Below are positions 14,458-24,087 of a DNA stretch of 32,000 bases, piece by piece. The stretch is from Candidatus Nanohalobium constans. GTDB taxonomy: Archaea > Nanohalarchaeota > Nanosalinia > Nanosalinales > Nanosalinaceae. Every line of letters starts with the position of its first letter. Positions within the stretch are counted from its first letter, which is position 1. The DNA lies in the NCBI RefSeq assembly GCF_009617975.1, contig NZ_CP040089.1, forward strand, positions 660,001 to 692,000. Reading direction: 5' to 3'. The notes under the pieces are model-generated. The model had not been told where the DNA came from. It was given only the letters and a program-made list of their open reading frames with translations, and did no database searches. The position numbers were made by a program, and so were the translations under genes.

Positions 14458-14643
14458 TCATCCTGAAAGAAATCTGTCATAGAATTTCTCCGGCGGGCAG
14501 AACCCTGTGAAAGAACTTTGCAGAAGATTCAGACCTGCGAACAGGGTTACCAGGTAGAAGTACTCGTGGATAAACCATCCTGCCAGGAAAGCTGCTGTTA
14601 TCACGGATCCCGCAAACCTGCGCACAAACTGTTTTTTCTTCAC
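14458..14643 (-). CDS. DUF2892 (YgaP-like) small membrane protein, second copy in the window
   Basis: GTG start preceded by GGAGGTGATTTCGA. It is 61 aa with two hydrophobic helices and the motif SSFTGFCPPEKFY. Confidence 0.65.
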   Translation of the reverse strand: MKKKQFVRRFAGSVITAAFLAGWFIHEYFYLVTLFAGLNLLQSSFTGFCPPEKFYDRFLSG

Positions 14644-14645
14644 TC

Positions 14646-14666
14646 GAAATCACCTCCGGAGATTTC
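14646..14666 (-). other. Inverted repeat GAAATC-N9-GATTTC overlapping the Shine-Dalgarno site of the DUF2892 gene
   Basis: The minus-strand RNA reads GAAAUC UCCGGAGGU GAUUUC GA GUG. The 3' arm overlaps the end of the GGAGGUGAU site. Confidence 0.3.
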
Positions 14667-14695
14667 TGCGAAGTGAAAGCAAAGTGCATTCACTG

Positions 14696-15988
14696 TTAAT
14701 CACCTCCTTCCACTGATTTCTGAGATCTTCCGGATCTGTAACGGTAAACTATAGCAGCCAGTACAAGAAAAGCAGCTGCGACACCGATGTAGATAAGTGG
14801 AGACTGTGTTCTCCCCGTCAGCTCTATTCCAGTCTGTTCTGTAAAGGTGTAGACTGATTGATCACCTTCCTCGCTGTCTCCGTTTGCCCGGAACTGAACT
14901 TTAAGCTGATGCCTCTTCAGCGATGCGCTCCTATCAGCAGAGATCTTCATGACTGCCTCTGAAGTTTCACCTGATTCGATCTCACCGATATAATTAGATC
15001 GGTCCTCTAAGCCGAATGGTTGGCTTCTCTCAGCTATCACTCTTGCCGTAACTGACTCAGCATCCTGCTCACCGGTGTTCCTGACATTGACTCTGAGCTG
15101 AGATGTATCTCCTGCCTTCATCTCCATACTGGAGTTGACAATCTCCAGGTCCGGCCTCCCCTCGACTCTGAGTGGAATATTAAGTCCTTCGCTGTAGCTG
15201 TTGCCTGATTCGTCTTCATAGGTCGCTGATAGATCAACTGTATGCAGACCTGGCTCAAGATCTTCGTCAAGGTTGAAGGATATTGTTTTCTCCGCTGAGT
15301 CGCCCTCCATTAACTTGTTGATGTAGAATTTTTCGTCACTGGAGTAAGAGGGCTGTATTCCTTCAGGAGTTGAAGGCCTGAGATCAATCTCCTCTACAGG
15401 CTTGTTGCCGGTGTTCGTGAATCTTACCTGCGCCTCAACGTAGTTATCTCCCCGCCTCGGTACTGAAGGCTGTGTCGAGACGACGTTACTGGATAGATCC
15501 ACTCCTTCATTATCTACAGGCATCGAAAAATCCCGGATAACCGTAAAGTTGTAATCCCCGTCTTCTGTCTGAATCTCTATTGGTTCGCCGTTTTCCAGAT
15601 ACTGTATATGTAATTCGAAGTCATACATTCCTGTTGGAGCACCTGAATCGACTTTAACCTGGTAGCGCTGATTCCAGACACCGTTTGGATAAAGGAAACC
15701 TATAGATTCATCTCTGTCATCCTCTATAGTGATGTATTCACGAGTTAAACGATTATCTGGTTTTAGAACTACTTTGAGGTGTTTATCCTCGTCCCAGTTC
15801 TTGTCAGGATAATCTGTCTCATGCATGTTGGCTGAGATGTTAACTCTGTCTCCGGCTGTTATGAATCCTGGGTCGAAGCTTACTGCGTCAAGTTTTGGAG
15901 CTGATGAAGCTGCCCCGATTGAAACTGTAATAATTGAAAGTGTTAATGCAATTTTGAGAGCTGTTGAGTGTGTGTTGTTTCGTTTCAT
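14696..15988 (-). CDS. Secreted, C-terminally anchored surface protein of the S-layer-domain type (COG1361-like)
   Basis: It has an N-terminal signal sequence (ALKIALTLSIITVSIGAASS), beta-rich repetitive domains and a C-terminal TM anchor (LIYIGVAAAFLVLAAIVY) followed by basic residues. Its position directly after RND-type exporter genes mirrors the known COG1033/COG1361 pairing in archaea. Confidence 0.7.
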   Translation of the reverse strand: MKRNNTHSTALKIALTLSIITVSIGAASSAPKLDAVSFDPGFITAGDRVNISANMHETDYPDKNWDEDKHLKVVLKPDNRLTREYITIEDDRDESIGFLYPNGVWNQRYQVKVDSGAPTGMYDFELHIQYLENGEPIEIQTEDGDYNFTVIRDFSMPVDNEGVDLSSNVVSTQPSVPRRGDNYVEAQVRFTNTGNKPVEEIDLRPSTPEGIQPSYSSDEKFYINKLMEGDSAEKTISFNLDEDLEPGLHTVDLSATYEDESGNSYSEGLNIPLRVEGRPDLEIVNSSMEMKAGDTSQLRVNVRNTGEQDAESVTARVIAERSQPFGLEDRSNYIGEIESGETSEAVMKISADRSASLKRHQLKVQFRANGDSEEGDQSVYTFTEQTGIELTGRTQSPLIYIGVAAAFLVLAAIVYRYRSGRSQKSVEGGD

Positions 15989-15999
15989 AGTATCAATTT

Positions 16000-17043
16000 T
16001 TACGAGACTGTTTGTTTGCCGTCTATCATGATTATCAGGGTTGGAAGTAGGAAAACAGCTCCTATGTAGGCTGAGATGATTCCTGTGAAGAGGAAGATTC
16101 CGAGTGCGTGCATACCTGTAAGGTTTGCTGCTAGTAATGCAAGGAATCCTACTCCTGTGGTTGTGGATCCTCCTAGCAGTCCTCTTGAAAGTTCCACCAT
16201 TGTCTTGCTTAATCCTTCTGCCCCTCTCTCCGTATTGAAGTATTTCTTGGTGACGTGGATGCCGAAGTCGATACCGAGCCCCATTATCATCGCTGCTGAA
16301 ACCATTGAGATTATAGTCAGGTTGGCGCCGAGATAACCTCCAAGTCCGAGCATCCAGATCAAACCAAACATGACGGGTACAATCGGGAACATCATCCTCT
16401 TAACGTCGCGGAAAACGCCGAATAAAACAAGTAGGACGGCTGCGAACGAGACCCCTGTTATCATCATGAAATCAGATATAATGACCTGGAAAGTTGCCAA
16501 GTCAATCATATTATAACCGGTTAAATAGTAGTCCTCAGTGGTCTCCGACTGTACCGCTGTATGGATGTCGTCGTAGAGTTTCTGTATCTCACCAGAATTC
16601 GCCTGAGTATCAGTCCTAACAGCCACAATTCCGGTTCTGTAGTTTTCTGAGATCATGCTCCGGTAATCAAACCTGTCTAATCTATCCTTGTCCTCAGGTA
16701 TTTGACCATACTTCTGGACGAGCATTGAGGCAGGTGACTCGGTTGAATGAACATTTTCACTCCGTTGAATCCGGTTCTCAATCCTGTTCATCTCCTCCAG
16801 CAGCTCGGTATTCCTGATGTCCTGATCTGATTCGAATACGATGTATGTGGTGTCACCTGAGAACTTTGCACGCAGAGTATCCAGAGATTCAACGGTCGGA
16901 TCATCTTCAGGCAGAATCGCCTCTGTACTTGGCTTGACCTCCAAGTTCAATGCTCCAGGAATAACAAGTAAAGTGAGAACTCCCATCAATACTAGAACTT
17001 TCTTGGGCTGTTCTATCTGGTATTCTACCAGTCTTGAAGCCAT
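16000..17043 (-). CDS. RND/MMPL-superfamily exporter, second half-protein
   Basis: The layout is one TM helix, a soluble loop of ~170 aa, then 5 TM helices (FMMITGVSFAAVLLVLFGVF, FPIVPVMFGLIWMLGLGGYLG, MIMGLGIDFGIHV, GVGFLALLAANL, LFTGIISAYIGAVFLLPTLI). I prefer the ATG at 17043, which has a GGTGAT site 10 nt upstream; the track uses the GTG at 17058. Confidence 0.8.
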   Translation of the reverse strand: MASRLVEYQIEQPKKVLVLMGVLTLLVIPGALNLEVKPSTEAILPEDDPTVESLDTLRAKFSGDTTYIVFESDQDIRNTELLEEMNRIENRIQRSENVHSTESPASMLVQKYGQIPEDKDRLDRFDYRSMISENYRTGIVAVRTDTQANSGEIQKLYDDIHTAVQSETTEDYYLTGYNMIDLATFQVIISDFMMITGVSFAAVLLVLFGVFRDVKRMMFPIVPVMFGLIWMLGLGGYLGANLTIISMVSAAMIMGLGIDFGIHVTKKYFNTERGAEGLSKTMVELSRGLLGGSTTTGVGFLALLAANLTGMHALGIFLFTGIISAYIGAVFLLPTLIIMIDGKQTVS

Positions 17044-17116
17044 TTCCTCTATTATCACCGGAAAAGTTCACCTCTTGAGAGGTTTTCCTGCGTCTCAGAA
17101 AACTTGTTTTCGGCCA

Positions 17117-18184
17117 CTAGAAGTCGTGCCTCCAGTCGATTGATTCATGGATTTTCTTCATGATTTTCTCCTCAAGCACGAAAACACTTGGAAGGAGGAA
17201 GAAACTGAACAAGAGAGCATAACCGATTCCTATCGACATTATTAAACCGAAACGATGCATCTCAGGCATCGCACCTGACAAAAATGCCATGAAAGCACTG
17301 ATTGTGGTTATAGATGTTGCGACGATTGCTACTCCGGTTTCACCGACTGCTTCAGAGAGTGCTTCGCCGATAGTGTTGTCTCTCCTGTGGAACCTGTAAG
17401 TATTGAGTATATGAACCGAGTAGTCGATTCCTATCCCTATTACGAGCGCTGCAACTGATCCAGCAAGCGTTGAAAGCGGAATTCCCAAGTAGCCCATTGT
17501 TCCGTAGAGCCAGATGACTGAAAGTGCGACAACTATTATAGGCATTAATGCGGAAGAGAAACTACCCTGAAAAAGACCTAGAGTGATCAAGAATACTAAG
17601 CCAAGTGAAATCATCGTAGTAACATTTTTATCGCGTTCAACCATGCTGGATAATCTCTGCTGTACTGCTGGAACACCTGAAATCTCAGTTTCGACACCTT
17701 CAGGCATCTTATACTCAGCCTCATTTTCGATATCCTTGAATATTCTGTCCATCTCATTTCCAGAATCTCCCACATAGGTATAAGCTGTTATTACGGCGTT
17801 CTGATCTCTCTCATCTACTAATCCTTCCCTCTGTAACGGTGACATCACCTGAGTAACTCCGTGGATATCTCTGATATCATTGGAAAGATCTTCGATATAG
17901 ACCGCTGTACTGTTTTCGTGGATACTCTGAACTCCATCCTCTTTGTTTCCTGTCGATATCTTTACTGCGATAGAGTCTTTACCAATGCCTTCCGCTCTCA
18001 AGTTATTGACTCCCTCAACCGGTGTTGAACTGGCTGGCATCATGTTTTCCAGTGCAACAATTGTCTCAACTCTCGCCATTCCAGGAATCATAGCCATTGA
18101 AAGGAAAATGAAAAACAAGACTACCTCTAGGGCGTGGTTCTCCTGGAACTCTGTGAGTTTTTCCAACCATTTTTTCTGTTGCAT
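17117..18184 (-). CDS. RND/MMPL-superfamily exporter, first half-protein
   Basis: Same layout as its partner: one TM helix, a loop, then 5 TM helices (e.g. IGIGIDYSVHILNTY, TSITTISAFMAFLSG, LIMSIGIGYALLFSFFLLPSVFVL). It has an ATG start and ends 58 nt before the second half. Confidence 0.8.
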   Translation of the reverse strand: MQQKKWLEKLTEFQENHALEVVLFFIFLSMAMIPGMARVETIVALENMMPASSTPVEGVNNLRAEGIGKDSIAVKISTGNKEDGVQSIHENSTAVYIEDLSNDIRDIHGVTQVMSPLQREGLVDERDQNAVITAYTYVGDSGNEMDRIFKDIENEAEYKMPEGVETEISGVPAVQQRLSSMVERDKNVTTMISLGLVFLITLGLFQGSFSSALMPIIVVALSVIWLYGTMGYLGIPLSTLAGSVAALVIGIGIDYSVHILNTYRFHRRDNTIGEALSEAVGETGVAIVATSITTISAFMAFLSGAMPEMHRFGLIMSIGIGYALLFSFFLLPSVFVLEEKIMKKIHESIDWRHDF

Positions 18185-18247
18185 TTAGTTCAACTTTATT
18201 ACACAAACTTTTTATGAGGGTTGTAGAGAAGAATTTTACATCTTGCT

Positions 18248-18592
18248 ATGAAACAAGATAGTATGGAGTGCCCTACTGAAATCAAGGAACTGCTAAAAGT
18301 CCTATACAACCTTTCTACTTCCGAGACAGAGGTTATGTATTATCTTTGCGAAAAGGAGGCTCGTGCATCCGAGATTGCAGAAGATCTGAATAAAGACAGA
18401 TCTACTGTACAGAGATACCTTTCTAAGCTGCGAGCTACCGGACTAGTTGAGCGAGAAAGCATTGTTGAGGAAGGGAGAAAGGGCAGGCACTATGTATACT
18501 CTGTTTCAGACAAGGAGGAAATGAAGGAGAAGGTAAGAAAGAGGATGAAAGAATGGGAAGAAGAAAAACTCAGCGTTCTTGACAAAATATAG
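18248..18592 (+). CDS. TrmB/MarR-like winged-helix transcriptional regulator, divergent from the exporter operon
   Basis: LSTSETEVMYYLCEKEARASEIAEDLNKDRSTVQRYLSKLRATGLVERE is a typical TrmB-type HTH. The protein is 114 aa. Confidence 0.8.
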   Translation: MKQDSMECPTEIKELLKVLYNLSTSETEVMYYLCEKEARASEIAEDLNKDRSTVQRYLSKLRATGLVERESIVEEGRKGRHYVYSVSDKEEMKEKVRKRMKEWEEEKLSVLDKI

Positions 18593-18629
18593 AAAAGATG
18601 TATAAAAGTTCAACTCTCTCGCACAAACT

Positions 18630-18878
18630 ATGTCGGAAGAAATTGAAGTCTTCACAACACCAACCTGCCCATACTGCACAAAAATTAAAAAATGGCTCGA
18701 CGAGAACAACCACAGCTACAAGGAACATAATGTAGGCGAGGACAAGGAACAAGCCAAAAGAATGATACAGAGAACTGGTCAGAGAGGAGTGCCTCAAACA
18801 TTTATAGGAGATGAAACCGTTTTAGGGTTCCAACCAGATAAAATAGAAAAAGCAATACAAAAAGAGATAGAAAGCTAA
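18630..18878 (+). CDS. Glutaredoxin/NrdH-like small redoxin
   Basis: VFTTPTCPYCTKIKKWLDE contains the CPYC active site, and GVPQTFIGDE is present. The protein is 82 aa. Confidence 0.85.
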   Translation: MSEEIEVFTTPTCPYCTKIKKWLDENNHSYKEHNVGEDKEQAKRMIQRTGQRGVPQTFIGDETVLGFQPDKIEKAIQKEIES

Positions 18879-18891
18879 AAGAGAGAGAAAA

Positions 18892-19518
18892 TTACTGTTC
18901 CTGCATCTCCTTAATCTTCTTCATACGGAAAGTCTCTTCACGAGCCCGTTCCTCGAGCACCTGTGAAACAGTATCTAGCCCTTCCTGCATCTCTGGAATA
19001 ATCTTGTGTTCCAGTGCGTTAACTCTTCTCTTCGTCTTCTCAATCTCATTCAAAAGTTTGAGGATTTTGGTCTGAGTTTCTGCAGCATCGACAATCTTCT
19101 CCAGCAGTTCTTCGTATTTGTCAGCTGTTGAGTCAACTCTTGAAGAGGTTGAGCTGATTCCATACTCTCTGTCGAATACTCCTCTCTGAATACTTCCTGA
19201 TTCAATCTCAGGGACGACTACTCCCATTATGTTCTGTGCTTCTGTCTCTAGCTCAGGATCATTCTGTTCTGCCATTGCGTTAGCCTTGATGGAGTCTTCT
19301 CCATCGTAGATCTTAGCCAGCATCATCTTCAAACGGGCTTGAGAGTAGAGATCAGCCAGTTCCTGGTTTACTTCTTTGGCATCGTCGATTACCTCCATGA
19401 ACTCGTGGATAAGACCGTCTCTCTTCTTCTCAAGAATTTCGTGGCCGTTCTCAGCCAGTTCAATCCTTTCCTTCAGCCTTAGTTCTTCGCTACGGGTTGG
19501 TTTTACATCTTGTGACAT
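18892..19518 (-). CDS. atpD: A-type ATP synthase subunit D
   Basis: PTRSEELRLKERIELAENGHEILEKKRDGLIHEF is a typical subunit D N-terminus. It is the last gene of the operon, and an AGGTGAT site precedes the ATG. Confidence 0.9.
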   Translation of the reverse strand: MSQDVKPTRSEELRLKERIELAENGHEILEKKRDGLIHEFMEVIDDAKEVNQELADLYSQARLKMMLAKIYDGEDSIKANAMAEQNDPELETEAQNIMGVVVPEIESGSIQRGVFDREYGISSTSSRVDSTADKYEELLEKIVDAAETQTKILKLLNEIEKTKRRVNALEHKIIPEMQEGLDTVSQVLEERAREETFRMKKIKEMQEQ

Positions 19519-19537
19519 TGAAAATCACCTGAGGAGG

Positions 19538-20926
19538 TTATTCCTCCTCTTCGCTTTCTGTGTTTAGGTACTTCTCTCTAAGCTCTGGGTCAACTCTGGT
19601 TAGTTCTCCTTCTGGGATTACTTCAAGCAGACTCCACGCCTTGTCCAGGCTTTCTTCGATTGAACGGTTTTCATTCCATCCCTGGTCGATGAACTCGCTT
19701 TCGAAGTTTCTCGCGAACTCCAGAACCTTCTCATCCCTGTCTGAAAGGGCGTCTTCTCCGACGATGGATACTAGGTCTCTCAGGTCATTTCCTTCTGCGT
19801 ACATCGCATACAGCTGGTCGGAAAGATCTCCGTGGTCTTCACGCGTGAATCCTTCACCTATTCCGTTGTCTTCCAGTCTTGAAAGGCTTGGAAGTACATC
19901 TACAGGCGGTTTGTAGCCCTGGTTGTCCAGGTCTCTGTCAACTACGATCTGTCCCTCAGTGATGTATCCTGTAAGGTCAGGGATTGGGTGAGTGATGTCG
20001 TCTCCAACCATCGTCAGGATCGGGATCTGTGTTACTGATCCTTCCTTTCCTTCGATGATTCCTGCTCTCTCGTAGAGGTTTGCCAGGTCTGTATACATGT
20101 ATCCTGGATATCCTCTTCTTCCTGGTACTTCTTCTCTAGCTGCTGAGACTTCTCTCAGTGCGTTGCAGTAGTTTGTCATGTCTGTCATGACTACGAGTAC
20201 TTCCATTCCTTCTTCGTATGCCAGGTATTCTGCTGTTGTCAATGCCATTCGCGGTGTGATAATTCTTTCCGGTGCAGGGTCACTAGCCTTGTTCAGGAAT
20301 ACTACTGATCGTTCTAGTGCTCCTGTCTCTTCTAGTTCTTCGATGAATTCCTGGCTCTCTTCCTCTGTGATTCCCATTCCCGCGAATACTACTGCGAAGT
20401 CTGTGTCTTCTCCTTTGACATCTGCCTGACGGGCGATCTGCATAGCAAGATCGTTGTGTGGCAGTCCAGAGCCTGAGAAGATAGGAAGCTTCTGTCCTCT
20501 AACCAGTGTGTTCATGACATCTATGCTGGAAACTCCCGTCTGGATAAAGTCTTCCGGAAGCTCTCTTGAGTATGGGTTGATTGCTTCCCCAATAATGTCT
20601 CTTTCTTCTTCCGGAATGATTTCCGGTCCATCGTCCATTGGTTCCCCTGTTCCGTCAAGTACTCTGCCTAGGAGATCCTTGGTTACAGGCATCTTGACAT
20701 TTTCGTCCATGAACCGGACTCTGCCATCTCTACCGACTCCCTGTGTATCTTCGTAAAGCTGTACGACTACTACATCTTTGGAAGTTTCTAGGACTTCTCC
20801 TGTCTTGACTTCTCCGTCTGGTGTCTCTACTTCTACGATGTCTCCGTATGCTACATTCTCGGTTTTCTCCACAAATACAAGTGGATCCTTAATCTCGCTG
20901 ATCGTCTGGTATTCTTGTTGTGTCAT
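19538..20926 (-). CDS. atpB: A-type ATP synthase subunit B
   Basis: 462 aa. Motifs [15 protein letters not shown] and [15 protein letters not shown] are typical of the non-catalytic B subunit. Confidence 0.95.
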   Translation of the reverse strand: MTQQEYQTISEIKDPLVFVEKTENVAYGDIVEVETPDGEVKTGEVLETSKDVVVVQLYEDTQGVGRDGRVRFMDENVKMPVTKDLLGRVLDGTGEPMDDGPEIIPEEERDIIGEAINPYSRELPEDFIQTGVSSIDVMNTLVRGQKLPIFSGSGLPHNDLAMQIARQADVKGEDTDFAVVFAGMGITEEESQEFIEELEETGALERSVVFLNKASDPAPERIITPRMALTTAEYLAYEEGMEVLVVMTDMTNYCNALREVSAAREEVPGRRGYPGYMYTDLANLYERAGIIEGKEGSVTQIPILTMVGDDITHPIPDLTGYITEGQIVVDRDLDNQGYKPPVDVLPSLSRLEDNGIGEGFTREDHGDLSDQLYAMYAEGNDLRDLVSIVGEDALSDRDEKVLEFARNFESEFIDQGWNENRSIEESLDKAWSLLEVIPEGELTRVDPELREKYLNTESEEEE

Positions 20927-20960
20927 TAGTTGAAAACACCTCTATGTTTTCGGCTATCCT

Positions 20961-20977
20961 GAAAATCTCTGATTTTC
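20961..20977 (-). other. Stem-loop GAAAATC-TCT-GATTTTC in the atpA-atpB spacer
   Basis: Perfect 7-bp inverted repeat with a 3-nt loop, inside the 65-nt spacer. Confidence 0.4.
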
Positions 20978-20991
20978 ATTCTTGATCACCT

Positions 20992-22740
20992 CTACTCCTC
21001 AACTACCTCTTCAAATTCGTCTTGCATCTGCTTTTGAAGCTCTTGTTTGAGCTCGAGGTATTCCTCTGATGTCTGCATCTCTGAGATACGGTTCTTGCTG
21101 CTTAGCGTCACTATATCCTGCACGACTGCTCCGTCTTCAAGTGCCTCGTAAGCACTGTCACCCCATTCCAGAATCAAGTCTAGGATATGATATGTCTTCT
21201 CTGGACTTGAGTACTGGTCTACAGGGTGGAAAGCGTTCTGCTGCAGGAAGAACTCCTTGACCATCGTAGCGATTTCCAGTGTAAGTCTTTCCCTATCTGG
21301 AAGCGCATCCTTTCCTACAAGCTGCACTGTTTCCTGAAGATCTCCGTCTTTCTGAAGCAAGTCTCTTGCTCTCTGGATCTTCTGCGGCCAATCATCTTCT
21401 ACTTCCTCCTGGAAGTATTCGGCTAGTTTGTCGCTGTATCCCGAGTAAGAATCGTCCCAGTTGATGGATGGGAAGTGCCTCTTCTCTGCTAGATCTGAGT
21501 CAAGCGCCCAGAAGTTCTTGACAACTCTCAAAGTGTTCTGTGTTACCGGTTCTGAGAAGTCTCCTCCAGGAGGTGAAACAGCTCCAACAATTGATACTGA
21601 TCCTGGGTCTTGGTTGGATAGTGGTTCTACTCTTCCTGCTCTCTCGTAGAATTCTGCGAGTCTTGATGCTAGGTATGCCGGGTATCCTCTTTCACCAGGC
21701 ATCTCTTCGAGTCTTGCCGATACTTCACGCATTGCCTCTGCCCATCTAGAAGTACTGTCTGCCATCAGTGCAACATCCAGCCCCATGTCTCTGAAGTACT
21801 CTGCGATCGTTACTCCTGTGTAAATTGATGCTTCTCTTGCTGCTACAGGCATGTTTGATGTGTTCGCGATAAGTACTGTTCGATTGATTATTTTGTCGCC
21901 TGTCTGTGGGTCCTCTAGTTCTGGGAATTCTTCGAGGACTTCTGTCATCTCGTTTCCTCTTTCCCCACATCCGATGTAGACGATAATGTCTGCGTCTGAG
22001 AACTTAGCAAGGCTCTGCTGTGTTACCGTTTTCCCTGATCCGAATGGTCCTGGGATTGCTGCTGTTCCTCCTTTGGCGATTGGGAACATTCCATCAAGTA
22101 CCCTCTGTCCTGTGATAAGCGGTACTTCTGGCCGTTTTTCTTCTGCTGCTGGTCTTGCTTCTCTGATTGGCCATTCTTGTCTCATCTGAATTTCTTCGCC
22201 GTTTTCTAGTGTGACTACTGTTTCTGTTACTGTGTGGTTTCCTGAGTTTACTTCTGCGACTTCTCCTTCTTCGACATTTGGAGGTACGAGGACTTTGTGT
22301 GTTCCGTAGTCGACTTCGACTTTTCCGATTACATCTCCTTGGCTTACTTCGTCTCCTTCTTCTACTGTTGGTTTGAAGTCGTGTTCTTCGTCTAGGTCGA
22401 TTCCTGGTGCTTCTTCTCCTCTTGCGATGAAGCTACCAGACTGCTCTTCCAGTTGTGGTAGCGGTCTTTGTAGCCCATCGTAGATGCTGCCTAGGAGTCC
22501 TGGCCCTAGTTCTACGGATAGCGGTTGTTCTGTGTTTTTGACTGGTTCACCCGGTTTGACTCCGGTCGTGTCTTCGTAGACTTGGATGTAGCTTTTTTCG
22601 CCTTCGATTTGGATTACTTCTCCCATCAGTTCTTCTTTTCCGACGCTTACTACGTCGTACATCTGTGGGTTCATGTCGGTTGCGATTACAACCGGTCCTG
22701 TTACTTTGTAGATCTCTCCTTGAGATTCGTTGTTTGTCAT
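20992..22740 (-). CDS. atpA: A-type ATP synthase catalytic subunit A
   Basis: 582 aa. The Walker A motif is [19 protein letters not shown] and [22 protein letters not shown] are also present. There is no intein-sized insertion. Confidence 0.95.
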   Translation of the reverse strand: MTNNESQGEIYKVTGPVVIATDMNPQMYDVVSVGKEELMGEVIQIEGEKSYIQVYEDTTGVKPGEPVKNTEQPLSVELGPGLLGSIYDGLQRPLPQLEEQSGSFIARGEEAPGIDLDEEHDFKPTVEEGDEVSQGDVIGKVEVDYGTHKVLVPPNVEEGEVAEVNSGNHTVTETVVTLENGEEIQMRQEWPIREARPAAEEKRPEVPLITGQRVLDGMFPIAKGGTAAIPGPFGSGKTVTQQSLAKFSDADIIVYIGCGERGNEMTEVLEEFPELEDPQTGDKIINRTVLIANTSNMPVAAREASIYTGVTIAEYFRDMGLDVALMADSTSRWAEAMREVSARLEEMPGERGYPAYLASRLAEFYERAGRVEPLSNQDPGSVSIVGAVSPPGGDFSEPVTQNTLRVVKNFWALDSDLAEKRHFPSINWDDSYSGYSDKLAEYFQEEVEDDWPQKIQRARDLLQKDGDLQETVQLVGKDALPDRERLTLEIATMVKEFFLQQNAFHPVDQYSSPEKTYHILDLILEWGDSAYEALEDGAVVQDIVTLSSKNRISEMQTSEEYLELKQELQKQMQDEFEEVVEE

Positions 22741-22773
22741 GTTTAATTTGTCACCTATAGTATCAATTTTAGA

Positions 22774-23082
22774 CTATGTGATGTCTGCTCCAATCGCTTT
22801 CTTGATTTTTTCCTGCATTCTTTCGCTTTCAGCAGTTTCACTGAGCGTTACGACTACTGGTTCGACTGAGCTCTCTACCTGACCTCTTACACGCTTTGGA
22901 AGCTCTTCCATGTCCCCTTGTTCTGTGACGAGGATTCCAAGGTCATCTCTCTTGACGAGTTCCTGGATTTTATCCGCGTAGTTTTCCGGGTTGTATGTTT
23001 TGCTTATTCCTGCGAGTTCGAATCCGAGTGTGAATTCTTGGCTGCCGATTACTGCTATTTTCTTTTTCTTTTCTTGGTTCAT
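22774..23082 (-). CDS. atpF: A-type ATP synthase subunit F
   Basis: 102 aa with KIAVIGSQEFTLGFELAGI. It lies between atpC and atpA, and an AGGTGA site precedes the ATG. Confidence 0.85.
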   Translation of the reverse strand: MNQEKKKKIAVIGSQEFTLGFELAGISKTYNPENYADKIQELVKRDDLGILVTEQGDMEELPKRVRGQVESSVEPVVVTLSETAESERMQEKIKKAIGADIT

Positions 23083-23097
23083 TTCTCTTCACCTTTT

Positions 23098-24087
23098 TTA
23101 TCTGGCTAGGACTAGTTGTCTCTGAATGGTTTCCTGGTTTTGGATTCCTGTTTCTTTTGCTCTGAGAAGCATTCTTAGGTTCTTGACTTCTGTAATCTTT
23201 GCGACGATGTATCCTAGGATGCTTGATAGTCCGAGTGGCTGTGTGTGAAGCATTTTGATTGCGTTGTCTAGTCTGTGGACTTCGAGTGCGTGTTCTACTT
23301 TCTCTATTTCTGGGTTGACCTGTAGGTTCATTTCTCTGATAAGGTGGTTCATTCCTTCTTCAAAGTCTTTTTTGATTACTTTTTCGACGATTCTGCCGTT
23401 TTCTGTTTTCAGCAGTCTGTCCCGGATTTCCTCGTTTTCTACGCCGTATTTTTTCATTCTCAGGACCATCTTCAGGTTTTCGTATTCTACTTCTTCCTGT
23501 ATGAAGTCCTTTAGTTGCTGGTTCTTTGCCTTGTTGGCTAGGTTCATTATGTCGTCGTAGTATGCCTGGTCTAGTCCAGACTCGATCTGTGAGAGATTGT
23601 CTGCGGCTTGAATTCTCCGTTGATAATCTATCTCTGAGTCTTCAAAGCTGATTGATGCTTTGATTTCTTCAAAGGTTTTGTCCTTCATTTCTTGGATTTC
23701 TTCAGAGCTGAGGCCGGATATCGGTGTAAGGTAGTCTTGAAAGTCTTCCCCTGTCTTCTTGGCTCTGAGTATTCTTTTGATTGTAAGAATGTCGTACTTT
23801 CTGAGGTAGGTCTTGATTACTTCCTGAAGATTTCCATCAGCCATCTCCACCAGTTCACTCATTTCCCTAGTCATGTTTTTGGCTAGAGCTAGCTCCGCTA
23901 GTTGAACACCTGAGTATGTTGATCCAAGCTGGTCAATATCCTCTTTGTACTCTCCCTCACCTAGCTTACGGGTTATCTCGTTCGGACCCATCTTCACAAG
24001 GTTCTGGTAGTCGCTCTGGTCGAACAGCTTCGCTCTCTTTGCCGATACACGAGCATACATGTACGGGTAGTCTTTGTTCAGCCTCAT
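23098..24087 (-). CDS. atpC: A-type ATP synthase subunit C
   Basis: 329 aa with YPYMYARVSAKRAKLF at the N-terminus. It has an ATGA overlap with atpE. Confidence 0.85.
   Translation of the reverse strand: MRLNKDYPYMYARVSAKRAKLFDQSDYQNLVKMGPNEITRKLGEGEYKEDIDQLGSTYSGVQLAELALAKNMTREMSELVEMADGNLQEVIKTYLRKYDILTIKRILRAKKTGEDFQDYLTPISGLSSEEIQEMKDKTFEEIKASISFEDSEIDYQRRIQAADNLSQIESGLDQAYYDDIMNLANKAKNQQLKDFIQEEVEYENLKMVLRMKKYGVENEEIRDRLLKTENGRIVEKVIKKDFEEGMNHLIREMNLQVNPEIEKVEHALEVHRLDNAIKMLHTQPLGLSSILGYIVAKITEVKNLRMLLRAKETGIQNQETIQRQLVLAR

Noticed and set aside
15987-16000. A 14-nt exact repeat, ATAGTATCAATTTT, also present at 22757-22770. Both copies are in spacers just upstream of minus-strand gene starts.
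   Set aside because: About two exact 14-mer matches are expected by chance among all position pairs in 32 kb. The flanks do not extend the match convincingly, and in one copy the repeat includes the start codon while in the other it does not.
18187-18195. A 9-bp near-palindrome, AGTTCAACT, on both sides of the TrmB-like gene (second copy at 18607-18615). I considered it as a possible operator.
   Set aside because: Nine nucleotides are far too short to be significant on their own in 32 kb. It is worth revisiting only if a genome-wide motif search supports it.
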